Source: Wickerhamiella versatilis
Taxonomy: Eukaryota
Direction of reading: 5' to 3'
NCBI GenBank assembly: GCA_030867685.1
Contig: JAQOWU010000008.1
Location: forward strand, 620,001-684,000
Length of the DNA stretch: 64,000 nt
In this document: positions 48,600-59,272 of the stretch, in pieces
Numbering within the stretch: position 1 is the first letter of the stretch
How the letters are laid out: each line of letters begins with the position of its first letter
The notes under the pieces: generated by a model
The model's input: only the letters and a program-made list of their open reading frames with translations
Told to the model about the DNA's origin: nothing
The model's database searches: none
Position numbers and translations under genes: made by a program

Positions 48600-50438
48600 T
48601 CAGTGATTAGGCGAGAGACGATCATATTTTACGCAACGATAGATGTCTTGAACACTTGCGTTGATAAATTGGCGCATCTCTAAGGCTAACCAAACTTTTG
48701 CCATTTGCAAAATATCCTCTTTGTCGGAGCCTTGAAGGTTGGCACTTACCTCTCGGAGAATTGGCAGCGCACTTTTAAATATGTCCAAGTCTGGGTTAAG
48801 CTTGCGGCCAATACCTTCAAGTAATAATATAGAAAGTACTACCGTAATATAGTCAGATTCCATCCGCACATGATGTGCACGGACCATGTTCATCATGCTG
48901 GTTAGTAGATCACCCAATTTCACGCTTCCCAACGCGAATGTACGGCGCTTCACCTGATCTACCAACTTCTGCGTACGCAATGCAAATATTTCAGTGTCTA
49001 ATGCAGTTGAAGGTGTTCTGCTCCGCTCTATCATGAGTTCCCCTGCACGGTACCCGTCAAACATTGCAATTGCTTTGAATAGGTCTATGAAGTTTCTGCG
49101 ATTTCGATCATCAAGGCGCGTGACCAGTCCTGCATCGATGAAGTATAGCTGGGGCGTTAAATCAGATTTCTCGGCCTTATGCCATATTTTTTGCCACTCC
49201 TCCTCTGTTTTACTCGAATTTAATTCCTGGGTGATATCCGGCCGGTTTAAGAAACAAACAAACATGTTACCAGGGTGTAGGTCCGAATGGATGAAATTAT
49301 CGATTAATAGCATCTGCAAAAATGCGTCAAGTCCGAGAGTTGCAATTCTTCGGTCTAATGGGCCCTGCTTGCAGTGTTTTAGGATACGTTCCATTGACAC
49401 CCCATTCACTAACCCTTCTACAAGGACCTCCCGGGACGAGAATACAACATCGGGGAATGACACCTCATGTATCCGATGGGCGAAATTAGCTCTAAATGTT
49501 TCCAGATTGTTTGCCTCAACACTTAGATCCATTTGACTTCGCATCATTTGACCAAATGTCGAAACCTCACCCGGTAGTGACAGCCACTCCATTGTTGGGA
49601 TTGCATTAGCAACTTGAGCGAGAAATCCCATTATTGCAAGATCCCTGTTCACAACTTTTTCAATATGCGGATGAAGCACCTTCACTGCTACTGGAGATGA
49701 CCGGCCTCGCAGGTACGCGCGGTATACTTGCCCCATTGCACCAACACCGAGAGGTTTTGTCTCAAAATCGTCAAATATTTCATTGAAAGGGAGTCCAGCA
49801 GCACTTTCCACGACAGTTCGGGTCCAAGGCATACCATGAGGGTGTGAATTCGAATGTAGCTTGCCGAGCTCTTTACAGAGCCCTATAGGGAATATATCAC
49901 TACGACTTGCTGCCCATTGTCCTAGCTTGATGAAACTGGGCCCTGCTATTTCCATGGTAATAGCCAAATAGCGAAACCACCAGCGTGCACCAGTTCGATC
50001 GCCATCAGCATCTCGGAAGCCTATTAGGAGTAGAGGGGTGGTGAACAAGACTGGCGTAAATAACGCAAGCAGTTCAATAAAACGAAAATACGTACACAGT
50101 GGCTCCCATACCCATCGCAGCCAACAGTGACGAAAGGCATTGATCAAGCCCTCCCGTTTCCTTTGTCGGTCAGCCTGCTCCGGGCGATCTCTGCTGGCAA
50201 AGTTCCAATCATTATGCGTATCTTCATCTTTCGTCGGCCTGGATGCTTCATCCTGATCATAGGATGCCAGGGTAAATGCAGTTGCGGCCGCATAAGTCCA
50301 CCCATTGCCCCTTCCTTGGCGGCTTCGTGCTAAGGGCAGGACGCTACTTCGCCATGTCCGCGATATAGATAGCGGTCGAAGTAATACAGTACGCGGTGAG
50401 CTGGCCAGCCAATGCTGCACCCGCAATGTCCTTATCAT
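48600..50438 (-). CDS. Mitochondrial ABC1/UbiB atypical kinase (YPL109C/Cqd1, ADCK2-like)
   Basis: GPSFIKLGQWAASRSD, GVGAMGQVY, VAVKVLHP, HSDLHPGN, DAGL; adjacent to GDE1, as in S. cerevisiae. Confidence 0.9.
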   Translation of the reverse strand: MIRTLRVQHWLASSPRTVLLRPLSISRTWRSSVLPLARSRQGRGNGWTYAAATAFTLASYDQDEASRPTKDEDTHNDWNFASRDRPEQADRQRKREGLINAFRHCWLRWVWEPLCTYFRFIELLALFTPVLFTTPLLLIGFRDADGDRTGARWWFRYLAITMEIAGPSFIKLGQWAASRSDIFPIGLCKELGKLHSNSHPHGMPWTRTVVESAAGLPFNEIFDDFETKPLGVGAMGQVYRAYLRGRSSPVAVKVLHPHIEKVVNRDLAIMGFLAQVANAIPTMEWLSLPGEVSTFGQMMRSQMDLSVEANNLETFRANFAHRIHEVSFPDVVFSSREVLVEGLVNGVSMERILKHCKQGPLDRRIATLGLDAFLQMLLIDNFIHSDLHPGNMFVCFLNRPDITQELNSSKTEEEWQKIWHKAEKSDLTPQLYFIDAGLVTRLDDRNRRNFIDLFKAIAMFDGYRAGELMIERSRTPSTALDTEIFALRTQKLVDQVKRRTFALGSVKLGDLLTSMMNMVRAHHVRMESDYITVVLSILLLEGIGRKLNPDLDIFKSALPILREVSANLQGSDKEDILQMAKVWLALEMRQFINASVQDIYRCVKYDRLSPNH

Positions 50439-50815
50439 GGCGTAAGCTTATTTCACCGGGAACGGGCGGGAGTGGTAGTTACGACGCCGCATTACACAGC
50501 GGTAGTTCATGTGATCTGGATCTAGTGAATATAGATTGAAAGGTATCTAGAGCACATTAAGTATAAATATTTAGGCTTTCTTGTAAACAGTTAGGACAAA
50601 TGTCCAGGGTCTTGCGTTCAAGAGAAGTAAAGGCAATACAGCACCGACAAGTTGAGCAATTAGCGTTTAGGAAACTCAACGACACCAAGAAAGCTCGATT
50701 ACCTTCATATAACCAGCTAACAGATCATTTTTCTGCCAGGACCCGAACCCATTCGCCTTAGTAAAAAGTGAAGTGTTGTGGGGCTGACTGAGCTCGCGAC
50801 TGTGCTTCTAGCAAC

Positions 50816-51486
50816 ATGTCGGACGAATATGACTTCCTCTTCAAGGGTAAGTAGGCTTCAGTATATATAGGAGAACCCGAACTAACGCAGTGGTCTTGAT
50901 CGGCGATAGTGGCGTTGGTAAATCCAACATCCTTGGCCGCTTTACGCGTAACGAATTCAACCTTGAGAGCAAAAGCACAATAGGGGTTGAGTTTGCCACG
51001 CGCACAGTGACCGTTGACGACAAAATCATCAAAGCTCAAATCTGGGACACAGCAGGTCAGGAGCGCTACCGAGCCATTACCAGCGCGTACTACCGTGGCG
51101 CTGTAGGGGCCCTTCTGATGTACGATATCGCAAGACCAGAGACATATGAAAATGTTAATCGATGGTTGAGTGAGCTTCGTGAGCATGCGGTTCCTCAAAT
51201 AGTCATTATGCTGGTGGGCAACAAGTGCGATCTCCGTCATTTACGCGCAGTTTCAACTGATGAGGCAAAGGCATTCGCAGAGGAGAAGAAGCTGCTGTTC
51301 ATTGAGACTTCTGCGCTGGATGCAACGAATGTAGAGCTGGCTTTTCAGAATTTGCTCACAGAAATTTATCATCAGCATGCTGAGCAGACAACGCTGCAAG
51401 CTGACTTCCCCCAGTTCAAGCCTACAGAAGGCCAGACTATCTCTTTCTCGCAACCTCCCCAGAAGAGCAACTCGAATTGTTGCTGA
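50816..51486 (+). CDS. YPT31: Rab11-family GTPase; exons 50816-50846 and 50891-51486
   Basis: [22 protein letters not shown]; 44-nt intron GTAAGT...[29 protein letters not shown]-terminal CC. Confidence 0.95.
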
Positions 51487-51780
51487 TTTCTTTTAGGGAG
51501 TTTCAGATATTATTAGACCGTAGCTGAGAATTACGGGACAGTTAGTTGTGGATATGGGTATGCCGAGGTCTCGTCGCAGCCTCATTGTCACCCGAAACGT
51601 ATGAAGGCCAAGTTCGGCACTGGGCATTTTTTTCCTATTAGTAGATAACTGGTTAACATAGATAAATGGAGTAGATTTTTGAAGCTATCGGCAAGAGCAA
51701 ATTTTGTGCTGGAAGAGTCCTGCACGAGAGTATTAGTGATCCTGGGTCAAAAGTGCTTGCACGTAAAGTGAGCGGCACGA

Positions 51781-53151
51781 ATGGTTCTGAGTGCTACAAC
51801 TCGGACAGTCCGTGTTCTATCAGCAATGGTTTTATGTGTCCTTACGGCATTACCGCTGCAAGGCTTTCCCAGCTTTCAAAAGATGTTGTCAGACTCCGGT
51901 GTCTACAGCGATAAATGTGTGGTCAGCGTGAGCAGCGACGTTGTCTGTATTGCTCAGAGACAGGCCTTCGAGAGGATGTTCCAATATGGTGGTCTTTCCT
52001 GGCCGATTGCATCTGCACTGGCTGTAATGGCTCTTGCATTTGTTGGCTTCATTTTCACGGAGGTCTGTGGCTCAATCCTCCTTGCAGGGGCTGCCCTCAT
52101 CTTAAGTGACTCTGCTTCCTCATCGCATGAACCTTTATTAGCCGGTTTTGATCCGTATTTGTGTGGTTATGTTTTAATATGTTCAGGTTCTCCCTTTGTC
52201 CTCGCAGGAAGTTTGGATGCCCTAGCATCACTATCGCAGCCGATGCCAATGTTTACTATATTGCTAATTTGTATGCAACTTTCTCCACTTTTATGGCCAC
52301 TAGGGATACAATTGCTTCAACTTAATTCTCTTCTTGATGTTTTCCGGTGTTACCTATGGATTCCTTGCATAATACTAATTCTCACTTTACCATTAATGCC
52401 TTTTTCCGATACCGAGCCAATCTCGCAGGAAAGTTCCCCTACACCAGTTACGCGAATTCTATGGCAATATTTCCCTGACGAAGAAGAGATCGAAATTGAA
52501 GAAACCCTTCCGCCTTCTCACTTTCCAAGAAAGGTCAGAAGCCCATACACAATGAGATTCCTCATTTTCTCCTTAGGATATGCGTTATCTATGACAGTGC
52601 TCAACTCTCTCGCGTCCACATATGATATTCGGGGGCACGTATTATTCCGTGATCAGGGGGAGGATATATGGAAAGTATATGCACCCTGTATTGCATCAAT
52701 AGCAGTGATACCTGCTCTATGGACGTTTAATAAACCTAATCAGCTCGCCAATTCATATTTGGGGGCTATGTTGTTGATCACTGTAGCGACAGCTATGCAA
52801 CTCCAAACTAAAGTTTGGCATATATGGATCGCTGGTATTCTACTAGCTCAAGTACTTCGTGTCTTCCTTAATTGGAAAATGATCGCGATTGTGCTAAAAT
52901 TGACAGGACACCATTACTTCTTAGTGAGCGTCGGCTTTGTTTGGTTGGCCACAAGCGTTATGCAGTTCATGATTTTCCCTTCCGCCGAATATTTCACAAT
53001 TTTTGATGATCGTTACATAGTTCAGGCGTCCTTATGCCTTCTAGGTGCGGAGCTTCTGGTCGCGTGGTCTAGCTTCAAAAGTCTGCGGCGCGACTGGTAC
53101 ATTACTAGGCGAAATATATTGGAGCGTGAGGCATGCGACAACGCATATTAA
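51781..53151 (+). CDS. Multi-pass MFS-like membrane protein (divergent Fmp42/SLC43-like)
   Basis: About 11-12 hydrophobic segments; GFPSFQKML..SGVY..KC...C.AQ resembles the Fmp42 N-terminus. Confidence 0.6.
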   Translation: MVLSATTRTVRVLSAMVLCVLTALPLQGFPSFQKMLSDSGVYSDKCVVSVSSDVVCIAQRQAFERMFQYGGLSWPIASALAVMALAFVGFIFTEVCGSILLAGAALILSDSASSSHEPLLAGFDPYLCGYVLICSGSPFVLAGSLDALASLSQPMPMFTILLICMQLSPLLWPLGIQLLQLNSLLDVFRCYLWIPCIILILTLPLMPFSDTEPISQESSPTPVTRILWQYFPDEEEIEIEETLPPSHFPRKVRSPYTMRFLIFSLGYALSMTVLNSLASTYDIRGHVLFRDQGEDIWKVYAPCIASIAVIPALWTFNKPNQLANSYLGAMLLITVATAMQLQTKVWHIWIAGILLAQVLRVFLNWKMIAIVLKLTGHHYFLVSVGFVWLATSVMQFMIFPSAEYFTIFDDRYIVQASLCLLGAELLVAWSSFKSLRRDWYITRRNILEREACDNAY

Positions 53152-53154
53152 TGA

Positions 53155-54390
53155 TTAATTTCTTTTTTTGAGAGTAATCTCTCCATTTTTTATATCAGCC
53201 TCATATCCACATTGAGCTAGGGCATCAGGATCGGCAAGCCTTTTTGCTTCAAGCCCGGCTACGATTTTCTGATTATCATAATTTCCTTGAAGAAGGTAAC
53301 GCAAGCAAACAATCGCATGCTCTTTCATGTACGGCTGGTTTGTGTCGATCACACAACACTGGAGTACAGTGGTCAGGCCGCCAAGGTCCCGGACCTTGTC
53401 GGAAGCCTCTGGATCACAGGAAAGGATGAGTCCTAGGATACTTAAAGCCGCGGTTTTTGTCTTCACAAAATCGGATATGTCTCCTTGGTCCGCATTCTTC
53501 GGATGCTCATCGCGAAGCTTGCTACGATTTGGAAGCTTTCTTGATACGTTTAGAAGTGTTACGACTGGACAGAGTAATTTTTTTATGGATTCAGAAGCTT
53601 TGATTCCTATATTCTCCAAAATATCAAATTCACACATCATAAGACACCATTGTTCTATAGCACTTTGCCTCTGCTCAACGTCTATAGCATTGATGACCGG
53701 TTCAATGGGTATTGTAGAAATAATACATTCAGAAACACATTTAGGTTCGCATAAATTAAAACCCGGAAGTGCCACAATCCCATCAACTATCTTCATCAAG
53801 ATATACGTGAAATCACGTGTGTTAGAAAAAACGCTCATAAAGCAAGGTTTAGAGAGTACTGATTTAAATATTGCGACTACGAGTTGCATCACATTGTCTT
53901 GGTCGTACCATTCAGGCACTTTTGCTAATAGATGGGAGAACACCCCTTCAGAAGCATAATCGTCAATGATCTCCGGATAATTATCAATTGTATCTCTCAA
54001 AAGGACAAGAGCTGGCAAATTGGCAGCCCCGCTAAATCCCGCAGCCCAATCTAGGCCATTATAGATGTATGGATAACCTTTAAACAGGTTGGCTAGTACT
54101 TGCCACACAAAGCGATTTCCACTCGAAGAAAAGGATACAAAAGCATCACGAAAATCCGAAGCAGCTCTGCCAGCCTCTTCACAAGCTGAAATATTATTAG
54201 CAAGCACTACTTTTTGTCCAACTAGGGGAATTTCACTAAACGCGGACCAAATCTCCGGTTGGGCAGCGAGATTTCGACGTGTGGCTTCGTCATGGGATAA
54301 TTGGATAACAAGGCTTTTCACAGCATCCTCATCATCTCCAGTACGTATGAGCTGGCTAATTGAAGAAGGAGTTAGCCTTAACTCCACCAT
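53155..54390 (-). CDS. CTR86: Ataxin-10 domain protein
   Basis: VRDLGGL..VL.CCVID..QPYMKEHAIVCLRYLL.GN..NQ..VAGLEAK. Confidence 0.85.
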   Translation of the reverse strand: MVELRLTPSSISQLIRTGDDEDAVKSLVIQLSHDEATRRNLAAQPEIWSAFSEIPLVGQKVVLANNISACEEAGRAASDFRDAFVSFSSSGNRFVWQVLANLFKGYPYIYNGLDWAAGFSGAANLPALVLLRDTIDNYPEIIDDYASEGVFSHLLAKVPEWYDQDNVMQLVVAIFKSVLSKPCFMSVFSNTRDFTYILMKIVDGIVALPGFNLCEPKCVSECIISTIPIEPVINAIDVEQRQSAIEQWCLMMCEFDILENIGIKASESIKKLLCPVVTLLNVSRKLPNRSKLRDEHPKNADQGDISDFVKTKTAALSILGLILSCDPEASDKVRDLGGLTTVLQCCVIDTNQPYMKEHAIVCLRYLLQGNYDNQKIVAGLEAKRLADPDALAQCGYEADIKNGEITLKKRN

Positions 54391-54453
54391 GTAGCTCCAC
54401 CCTCAGTGCTTTTCAATTTGCTTACCAACATCAGTCTGCGGTGGAAATAGCAG

Positions 54454-54873
54454 ATGACCTCGAAGTCGTCAAATGGGACGGCTCAACACGGGCATCTTTC
54501 GTCAAAACTTCTCGATATGAAATTTATGAAGCGTAATACTAATAATAACCAAAATTCCGATGATGAAGTAGCTGCAAGTGAGCAACCATCAGGCATACCC
54601 ACGGAAGATCCCTCCGCTTGGACATTCACAAAAGTTATCCAAAAGCCGCGTGAAGAGCCTATAGGGTTTTCAGACATCGAAAAACCTAAGCTATTCGGAC
54701 GAAGGTCATGGAAAAATGGTAAATGTGCCGAAGTCCGTACTGAGGCTACAGAAAAACCAGAAGTAGACAAAGAGGTGGCCACGCCAGAGAAAAAGCCGTC
54801 AAAGCCTTCTGGAAGGAAGCGAAAGAAGGATGAAGATAGAAGCACTGGCAGACCAAGGAAGCAGAAAAAATGA
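54454..54873 (+). CDS. M-phase phosphoprotein 6-like nuclear exosome cofactor
   Basis: LSSKLLDMKFM and GRRSW motifs; basic C-terminal tail. Confidence 0.7.
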   Translation: MTSKSSNGTAQHGHLSSKLLDMKFMKRNTNNNQNSDDEVAASEQPSGIPTEDPSAWTFTKVIQKPREEPIGFSDIEKPKLFGRRSWKNGKCAEVRTEATEKPEVDKEVATPEKKPSKPSGRKRKKDEDRSTGRPRKQKK

Positions 54874-54961
54874 TCTCTCAATTACGCCGCTAATGATATT
54901 TGAAGCTATGTTATGATGATATGATATGCTACCTCATTGTTTGTCACTTTAACTTTTAATT

Positions 54962-55711
54962 CTACTTCTCGACAAGAAACCCACCTGCAACTAACGCGTT
55001 GCGTGCACAGGAATTAATATGCTTGAACCGATCTGGTCCCAGATGAATTCCGCCGTACCAACGTGTGACAACCACCAGAACATTACGGACCTTAGTGATG
55101 TTCAGAAGATGTAAAACACGGCCACCTGCAGCGCTCTCTCCGTCATCATCGCAATTCTGAGAATAAATTTCTGGAGCAACCTCGATCCTCCATGCAGATA
55201 TATTATGTGTAGCACGAGAAATGCGTTTGTCCAGAAGCAAGTCCTGAATTAAAATTCTTGCATGCTCCTCGGAGTGAACTTCGATAGCCCGACCAACAAA
55301 TACAGACTTTCGATCAATGATGTCATCTGACCTGGCCCAGTCATTGATGAACTTAGGATCTGCCGTTTCTATTGGGCTAGTACTTGAAGACTCCTCCGGG
55401 AATTCGTCTGGAAGAAGCTGGCGCACTTCATCCATAAAAGTAAAAAGATAAGCTTCTTCATATATGAACGTACTCTTAATAACACTTTCCATTTTAGAAG
55501 CAAGTAGCTTTTCGTCCATCATGGGGGCCTTTACTTGAAGCACAGATGGCATTTCGGAGTCTGGATACCCTGGAGGGATCCTAAGCTTGACACTTACAGG
55601 GGTTTCCGGTATCTTTATGAGATAAACACCCTCCGACCAAGGTTCAACACAACCTTCATATATTGAATTAACCACTTCTAGCTCCTCCAAATCTTGGTTT
55701 TCATCGTTCAT
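54962..55711 (-). CDS. YIH1: IMPACT-family Gcn2 inhibitor (RWD + UPF0029)
   Basis: EELEVVNSIY and GYPD..P (RWD); DRKSVF, ATHNISAWR, DDDGESAAG, VTRWYGGIHLGPDRFKHI. Confidence 0.94.
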   Translation of the reverse strand: MNDENQDLEELEVVNSIYEGCVEPWSEGVYLIKIPETPVSVKLRIPPGYPDSEMPSVLQVKAPMMDEKLLASKMESVIKSTFIYEEAYLFTFMDEVRQLLPDEFPEESSSTSPIETADPKFINDWARSDDIIDRKSVFVGRAIEVHSEEHARILIQDLLLDKRISRATHNISAWRIEVAPEIYSQNCDDDGESAAGGRVLHLLNITKVRNVLVVVTRWYGGIHLGPDRFKHINSCARNALVAGGFLVEK

Positions 55712-55801
55712 CGGCTGTTTGCATAGTAACAGGCCCTTGCCCAGTTGGTCTATTTATTTACTCAGCAGTCACGCGTACCACTTCGTTCTAGTCTTGTGAG
55801 G

Positions 55802-57958
55802 ATGAGCCAGAGCAGCTCGCTTGAGGATCTTATACCTGTGGTAAATAAACTGCAAGATTTAGTCTTCAATACTATTGGAGTGGATACGCTCGATCTTCCT
55901 CAGGTGGTGGTTGTCGGTTCCCAGTCAAGTGGCAAGAGTTCTGTTCTTGAAAATATTGTATGCAGGGACTTTCTTCCTAGAGGCACAGGCATTGTTACTC
56001 GAAGACCTCTTATTCTACAGCTCGTAAATGTTCCTCCTGGGCCCCGGAATCTGGATGGAAGTTCTCTCGAAGGTGATGAATGGGGCGAGTTTCTTCATTT
56101 GCCCAATAAGAAGTTTTACGATTTTAACGAGATAAGGAAAGAAATCGAAAAAGAGACCCAAAGAATAGCTGGATCTAATAAAGGAATCAACAAACTTCCT
56201 ATCAACCTCAAAATATTTTCCCCGAAGGTCCTTAACTTGACGTTAGTTGATCTTCCAGGTGTTACGAAGGTACCCATTGGAGATCAACCCAAAGATATTG
56301 AGAAGCAAACACGAGAACTTGTGGTCGATTATATATCTAGGCCTAACTCGATTATTCTTGCAGTTAGTCCAGCTAACCAGGATCTCGTGAATTCGGACTC
56401 TCTCAAGCTTGCTCGATCTGCAGATCCTCAAGGAAAGCGCACAATTGGCGTGCTAACTAAGTTGGATCTGATGGATAAGGGTACTAATGCTCTGGATGTT
56501 CTCAATGGGAATATGTACAAGTTGAAACTAGGATTTATTGGGGCTGTAAACCGCTCTCAACAAGATATCGAAGACTCTAAGTCATTAGATGACTCTCTTG
56601 CTGCTGAGCGTATTTTTTTCCAACAGCATCCTGCCTATAGGGGAATTGCGCATAAGTGTGGAACGGCATTTCTCGCCAAAACGCTTAACCATATCCTAGT
56701 CAGTCATATAAGGGATCGACTGCCTGATATTAAGGCAAGATTGAATACCCTAATTGGACAAACAGAACAAGAACTGGCCCAATTTGGGTCTTCGCAAATA
56801 CCAGTACCGGGTGGTCAAGGGCCCTTGATCTTATCCATGATGACGAAGTTTGCCTCGCAATTCGTTTCAAGCATTGATGGCACGTCTATTGAAATTTCTA
56901 CAAAGGATCTATGTGGTGGTGCTCGTATTTATCAAATTTTCCATGAGCAATTCACCCAGAGTTTGCAGAAAATAGATCCGGTGGCTTTTCTTAGCTATCA
57001 TGATGTTCTTACGATGATAAAGAACTCGGCTGGTCCTCGTGCATCCCTATTTGTACCTGAACTTGCATTTGACCTGTTGGTGAAGCCTCAAATCAAACTT
57101 CTCGAGGCACCTTCTTTGCGGTGCGTTGATCTTGTATATGAGGAGTTGATGAAGATATGCCACACGTGTGGCCAAAATGAACTTGAACGGTTTCCAAAGC
57201 TGCAATCACGTCTTATTGATACCGTGTCACGTTTGCTTAATGAACGGCTAGGTCCCACTTCAAGTTACGTATCCAGTCTTATTGAGATCCAGCGTGCGTA
57301 CATAAATACCAGTCACCCTAAATTTATGCGCGCTACAGAGGCTATGGAGAACGTTGCTCGTGAAAATCGCACGCGTGAGCTGGGTCGTGCGAAGACCATT
57401 GCCGAGTCGGTCGAGAATCTTAGTATACGCATTCCTGAAGACGGTGATAAAGCGAAGGAGCAGAAAACTGAAAATACAGAGAAGCCCCCACCTCAAGAGC
57501 AGGGTGATCAGAAGGATGTATTTCTCAGCCATTTCTTTGGTGACAACTCCAAGAATGGGTGGGGCGGAGAAGCACCGGTGCCTTCGGGAGATACCAACAA
57601 TACCACCAGTATTGAGGATCAAGCTGCTCTACTTCACAGGGAACGTCTCGAGCAGGAGTCTGCTGATCTAACCCAGAAAGAGCGTCTAGAGTGCGACCTT
57701 CTTCTTAAGCTCATCACTTCATATTTCGATATTGTTCGCGAGACTGTCAGTGATCAGGTTCCTAAGGCAATAATGCATCTGCTAGTGAACTACTGTAAGA
57801 GTACCGCCCAAAATCATCTAGTTACTGACCTCTACAAGGAGAGTTTGTTCTCAGAGCTCCTATACGAAGACGAGGCGATTGTGGAGGAAAGACTTAAATG
57901 TCAAGAAACTCTGGACACCTATAAGGAGGCTGCTCGCGTCATTACCGAGGTCATTTAA
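55802..57958 (+). CDS. DNM1: Dynamin-related mitochondrial fission GTPase
   Basis: LEDLIPVVNKLQD, GSQSSGKS, DLPG, TKLD, GED DQVPKAIMHLLVN; neighbour of RTT109. Confidence 0.93.
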   Translation: MSQSSSLEDLIPVVNKLQDLVFNTIGVDTLDLPQVVVVGSQSSGKSSVLENIVCRDFLPRGTGIVTRRPLILQLVNVPPGPRNLDGSSLEGDEWGEFLHLPNKKFYDFNEIRKEIEKETQRIAGSNKGINKLPINLKIFSPKVLNLTLVDLPGVTKVPIGDQPKDIEKQTRELVVDYISRPNSIILAVSPANQDLVNSDSLKLARSADPQGKRTIGVLTKLDLMDKGTNALDVLNGNMYKLKLGFIGAVNRSQQDIEDSKSLDDSLAAERIFFQQHPAYRGIAHKCGTAFLAKTLNHILVSHIRDRLPDIKARLNTLIGQTEQELAQFGSSQIPVPGGQGPLILSMMTKFASQFVSSIDGTSIEISTKDLCGGARIYQIFHEQFTQSLQKIDPVAFLSYHDVLTMIKNSAGPRASLFVPELAFDLLVKPQIKLLEAPSLRCVDLVYEELMKICHTCGQNELERFPKLQSRLIDTVSRLLNERLGPTSSYVSSLIEIQRAYINTSHPKFMRATEAMENVARENRTRELGRAKTIAESVENLSIRIPEDGDKAKEQKTENTEKPPPQEQGDQKDVFLSHFFGDNSKNGWGGEAPVPSGDTNNTTSIEDQAALLHRERLEQESADLTQKERLECDLLLKLITSYFDIVRETVSDQVPKAIMHLLVNYCKSTAQNHLVTDLYKESLFSELLYEDEAIVEERLKCQETLDTYKEAARVITEVI

Positions 57959-58085
57959 GGAATTAGTATGCTTTCAGTCCATGCATTTTACTGTCGAAAT
58001 CCTTTAAGTATCTGTTTTTTAGTTCTTACTAGATGGTGTTAGTAGCTCCACACGGATATGTATGCTTCCTACAAATCCTTAAAAT

Positions 58086-59213
58086 TTAGCTTATTGTTGA
58101 ATTCCCTTTTCTTTTTTTTCGTACAAGACCCGCGCCTAAAACATTGATGTTCCTCTTTAGATCGGAGTCGCCCTCAGATGGACGTTCAGTCGCTTTAAGT
58201 TCAGGTTGTGCTTTCTTGCCCTCAATCTCAATGATAGCAAAATCAGGTATACGCTTGGCAATTTCCTCTGTCGCATGAGACGCCGACTCCTTGGAAGAAA
58301 AATCTAAACTCAGGAGAACTTCCATAATTAATTTATAGTCACTTTGGCTCACACTGTGTACACCCTCAACACTCATATGCTCGCTTCCTTTGAGAAAGCC
58401 TTCCAATCCAATTATTCCAACCGACTTGCATAATAGAAATTCCTGGCGTGACGGCATTTCCTCCCAAAATTGATTCCGGGTTACCTGCTTCGCTCTTTTT
58501 GCTGATACCAAGCTCTCTAAAAATCTGGTTTTGGGATCATCCGGAAAGCGTGGAATCCTTCGTATGGCAAGGGTATTGTCTTTCTTAGGATCATCTTCCC
58601 AGAAGATATCACCTACAGTCCACGTAATTTTTGGATCCCTTGGAAAATAGCTGGTCGTATCACGAGAGTTACATCCAGGAATTATGAGGCAGGACTTCTT
58701 AATTTCATCAAATTCTGCCGAAAGACTATCAAGCATCCGTAACCACCAGCGCACCAGTTGACCATCGCCTAAAATGTGTTTCCTGGGGTTGTTTTTGGAT
58801 CCCAGAAACAGATACTGTCCTTGTGATTTGGCAAATAAGCATATTCGCACCTTTTTGTGCACTGGCACATAATACCGTAGTATGCCTTTGAGTACAGCCC
58901 GCGTGACCAATCCAACATTAAGACGCCCTTCGGAGACGTCATAAAACCCTGAAGTGTCTGCTTTTGATATGAATACTGTCGAAAAATCTGGAGATTCATA
59001 AATAAAGACCTCAATCCCAAAGACAAGTATTCCTTTGTAGGTTATAAGACACAAGTGCTGACAGCAGGTATTCGGCGTTGTATCGTGCGTTCTCGTGAAG
59101 ATGAGTTTCCTGCACTTTTTAGTATGCGACTTCACATGCCAAAGTGAAAACGGATGGCCAGTCTTAGGTAGCTCTACCTCCAGCAGCGCACGAAAGCGAC
59201 TCGCGGCATCCAT
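58086..59213 (-). CDS. RTT109: Histone H3K56 acetyltransferase
   Basis: FISKADTSG, QYLF..S..NPRKHIL...L..WW, IPRFPDDPKTRFL, FWEEM..RQEF. Confidence 0.93.
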   Translation of the reverse strand: MDAASRFRALLEVELPKTGHPFSLWHVKSHTKKCRKLIFTRTHDTTPNTCCQHLCLITYKGILVFGIEVFIYESPDFSTVFISKADTSGFYDVSEGRLNVGLVTRAVLKGILRYYVPVHKKVRICLFAKSQGQYLFLGSKNNPRKHILGDGQLVRWWLRMLDSLSAEFDEIKKSCLIIPGCNSRDTTSYFPRDPKITWTVGDIFWEDDPKKDNTLAIRRIPRFPDDPKTRFLESLVSAKRAKQVTRNQFWEEMPSRQEFLLCKSVGIIGLEGFLKGSEHMSVEGVHSVSQSDYKLIMEVLLSLDFSSKESASHATEEIAKRIPDFAIIEIEGKKAQPELKATERPSEGDSDLKRNINVLGAGLVRKKRKGNSTIS

Positions 59214-59272
59214 GTATAAGCAAAAGTGACTGGTTCATAGGTCGACCAACTAATAGCTTTATATCTCCTAAT

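Noticed and set aside
51554-51771. Possible ATGG|GTATGC...TTAACATAG intron extending the Fmp42-like gene
   Set aside because: The spliced frame stops (TGA 51769-51771) before the main ATG, and the splice signals are weak.
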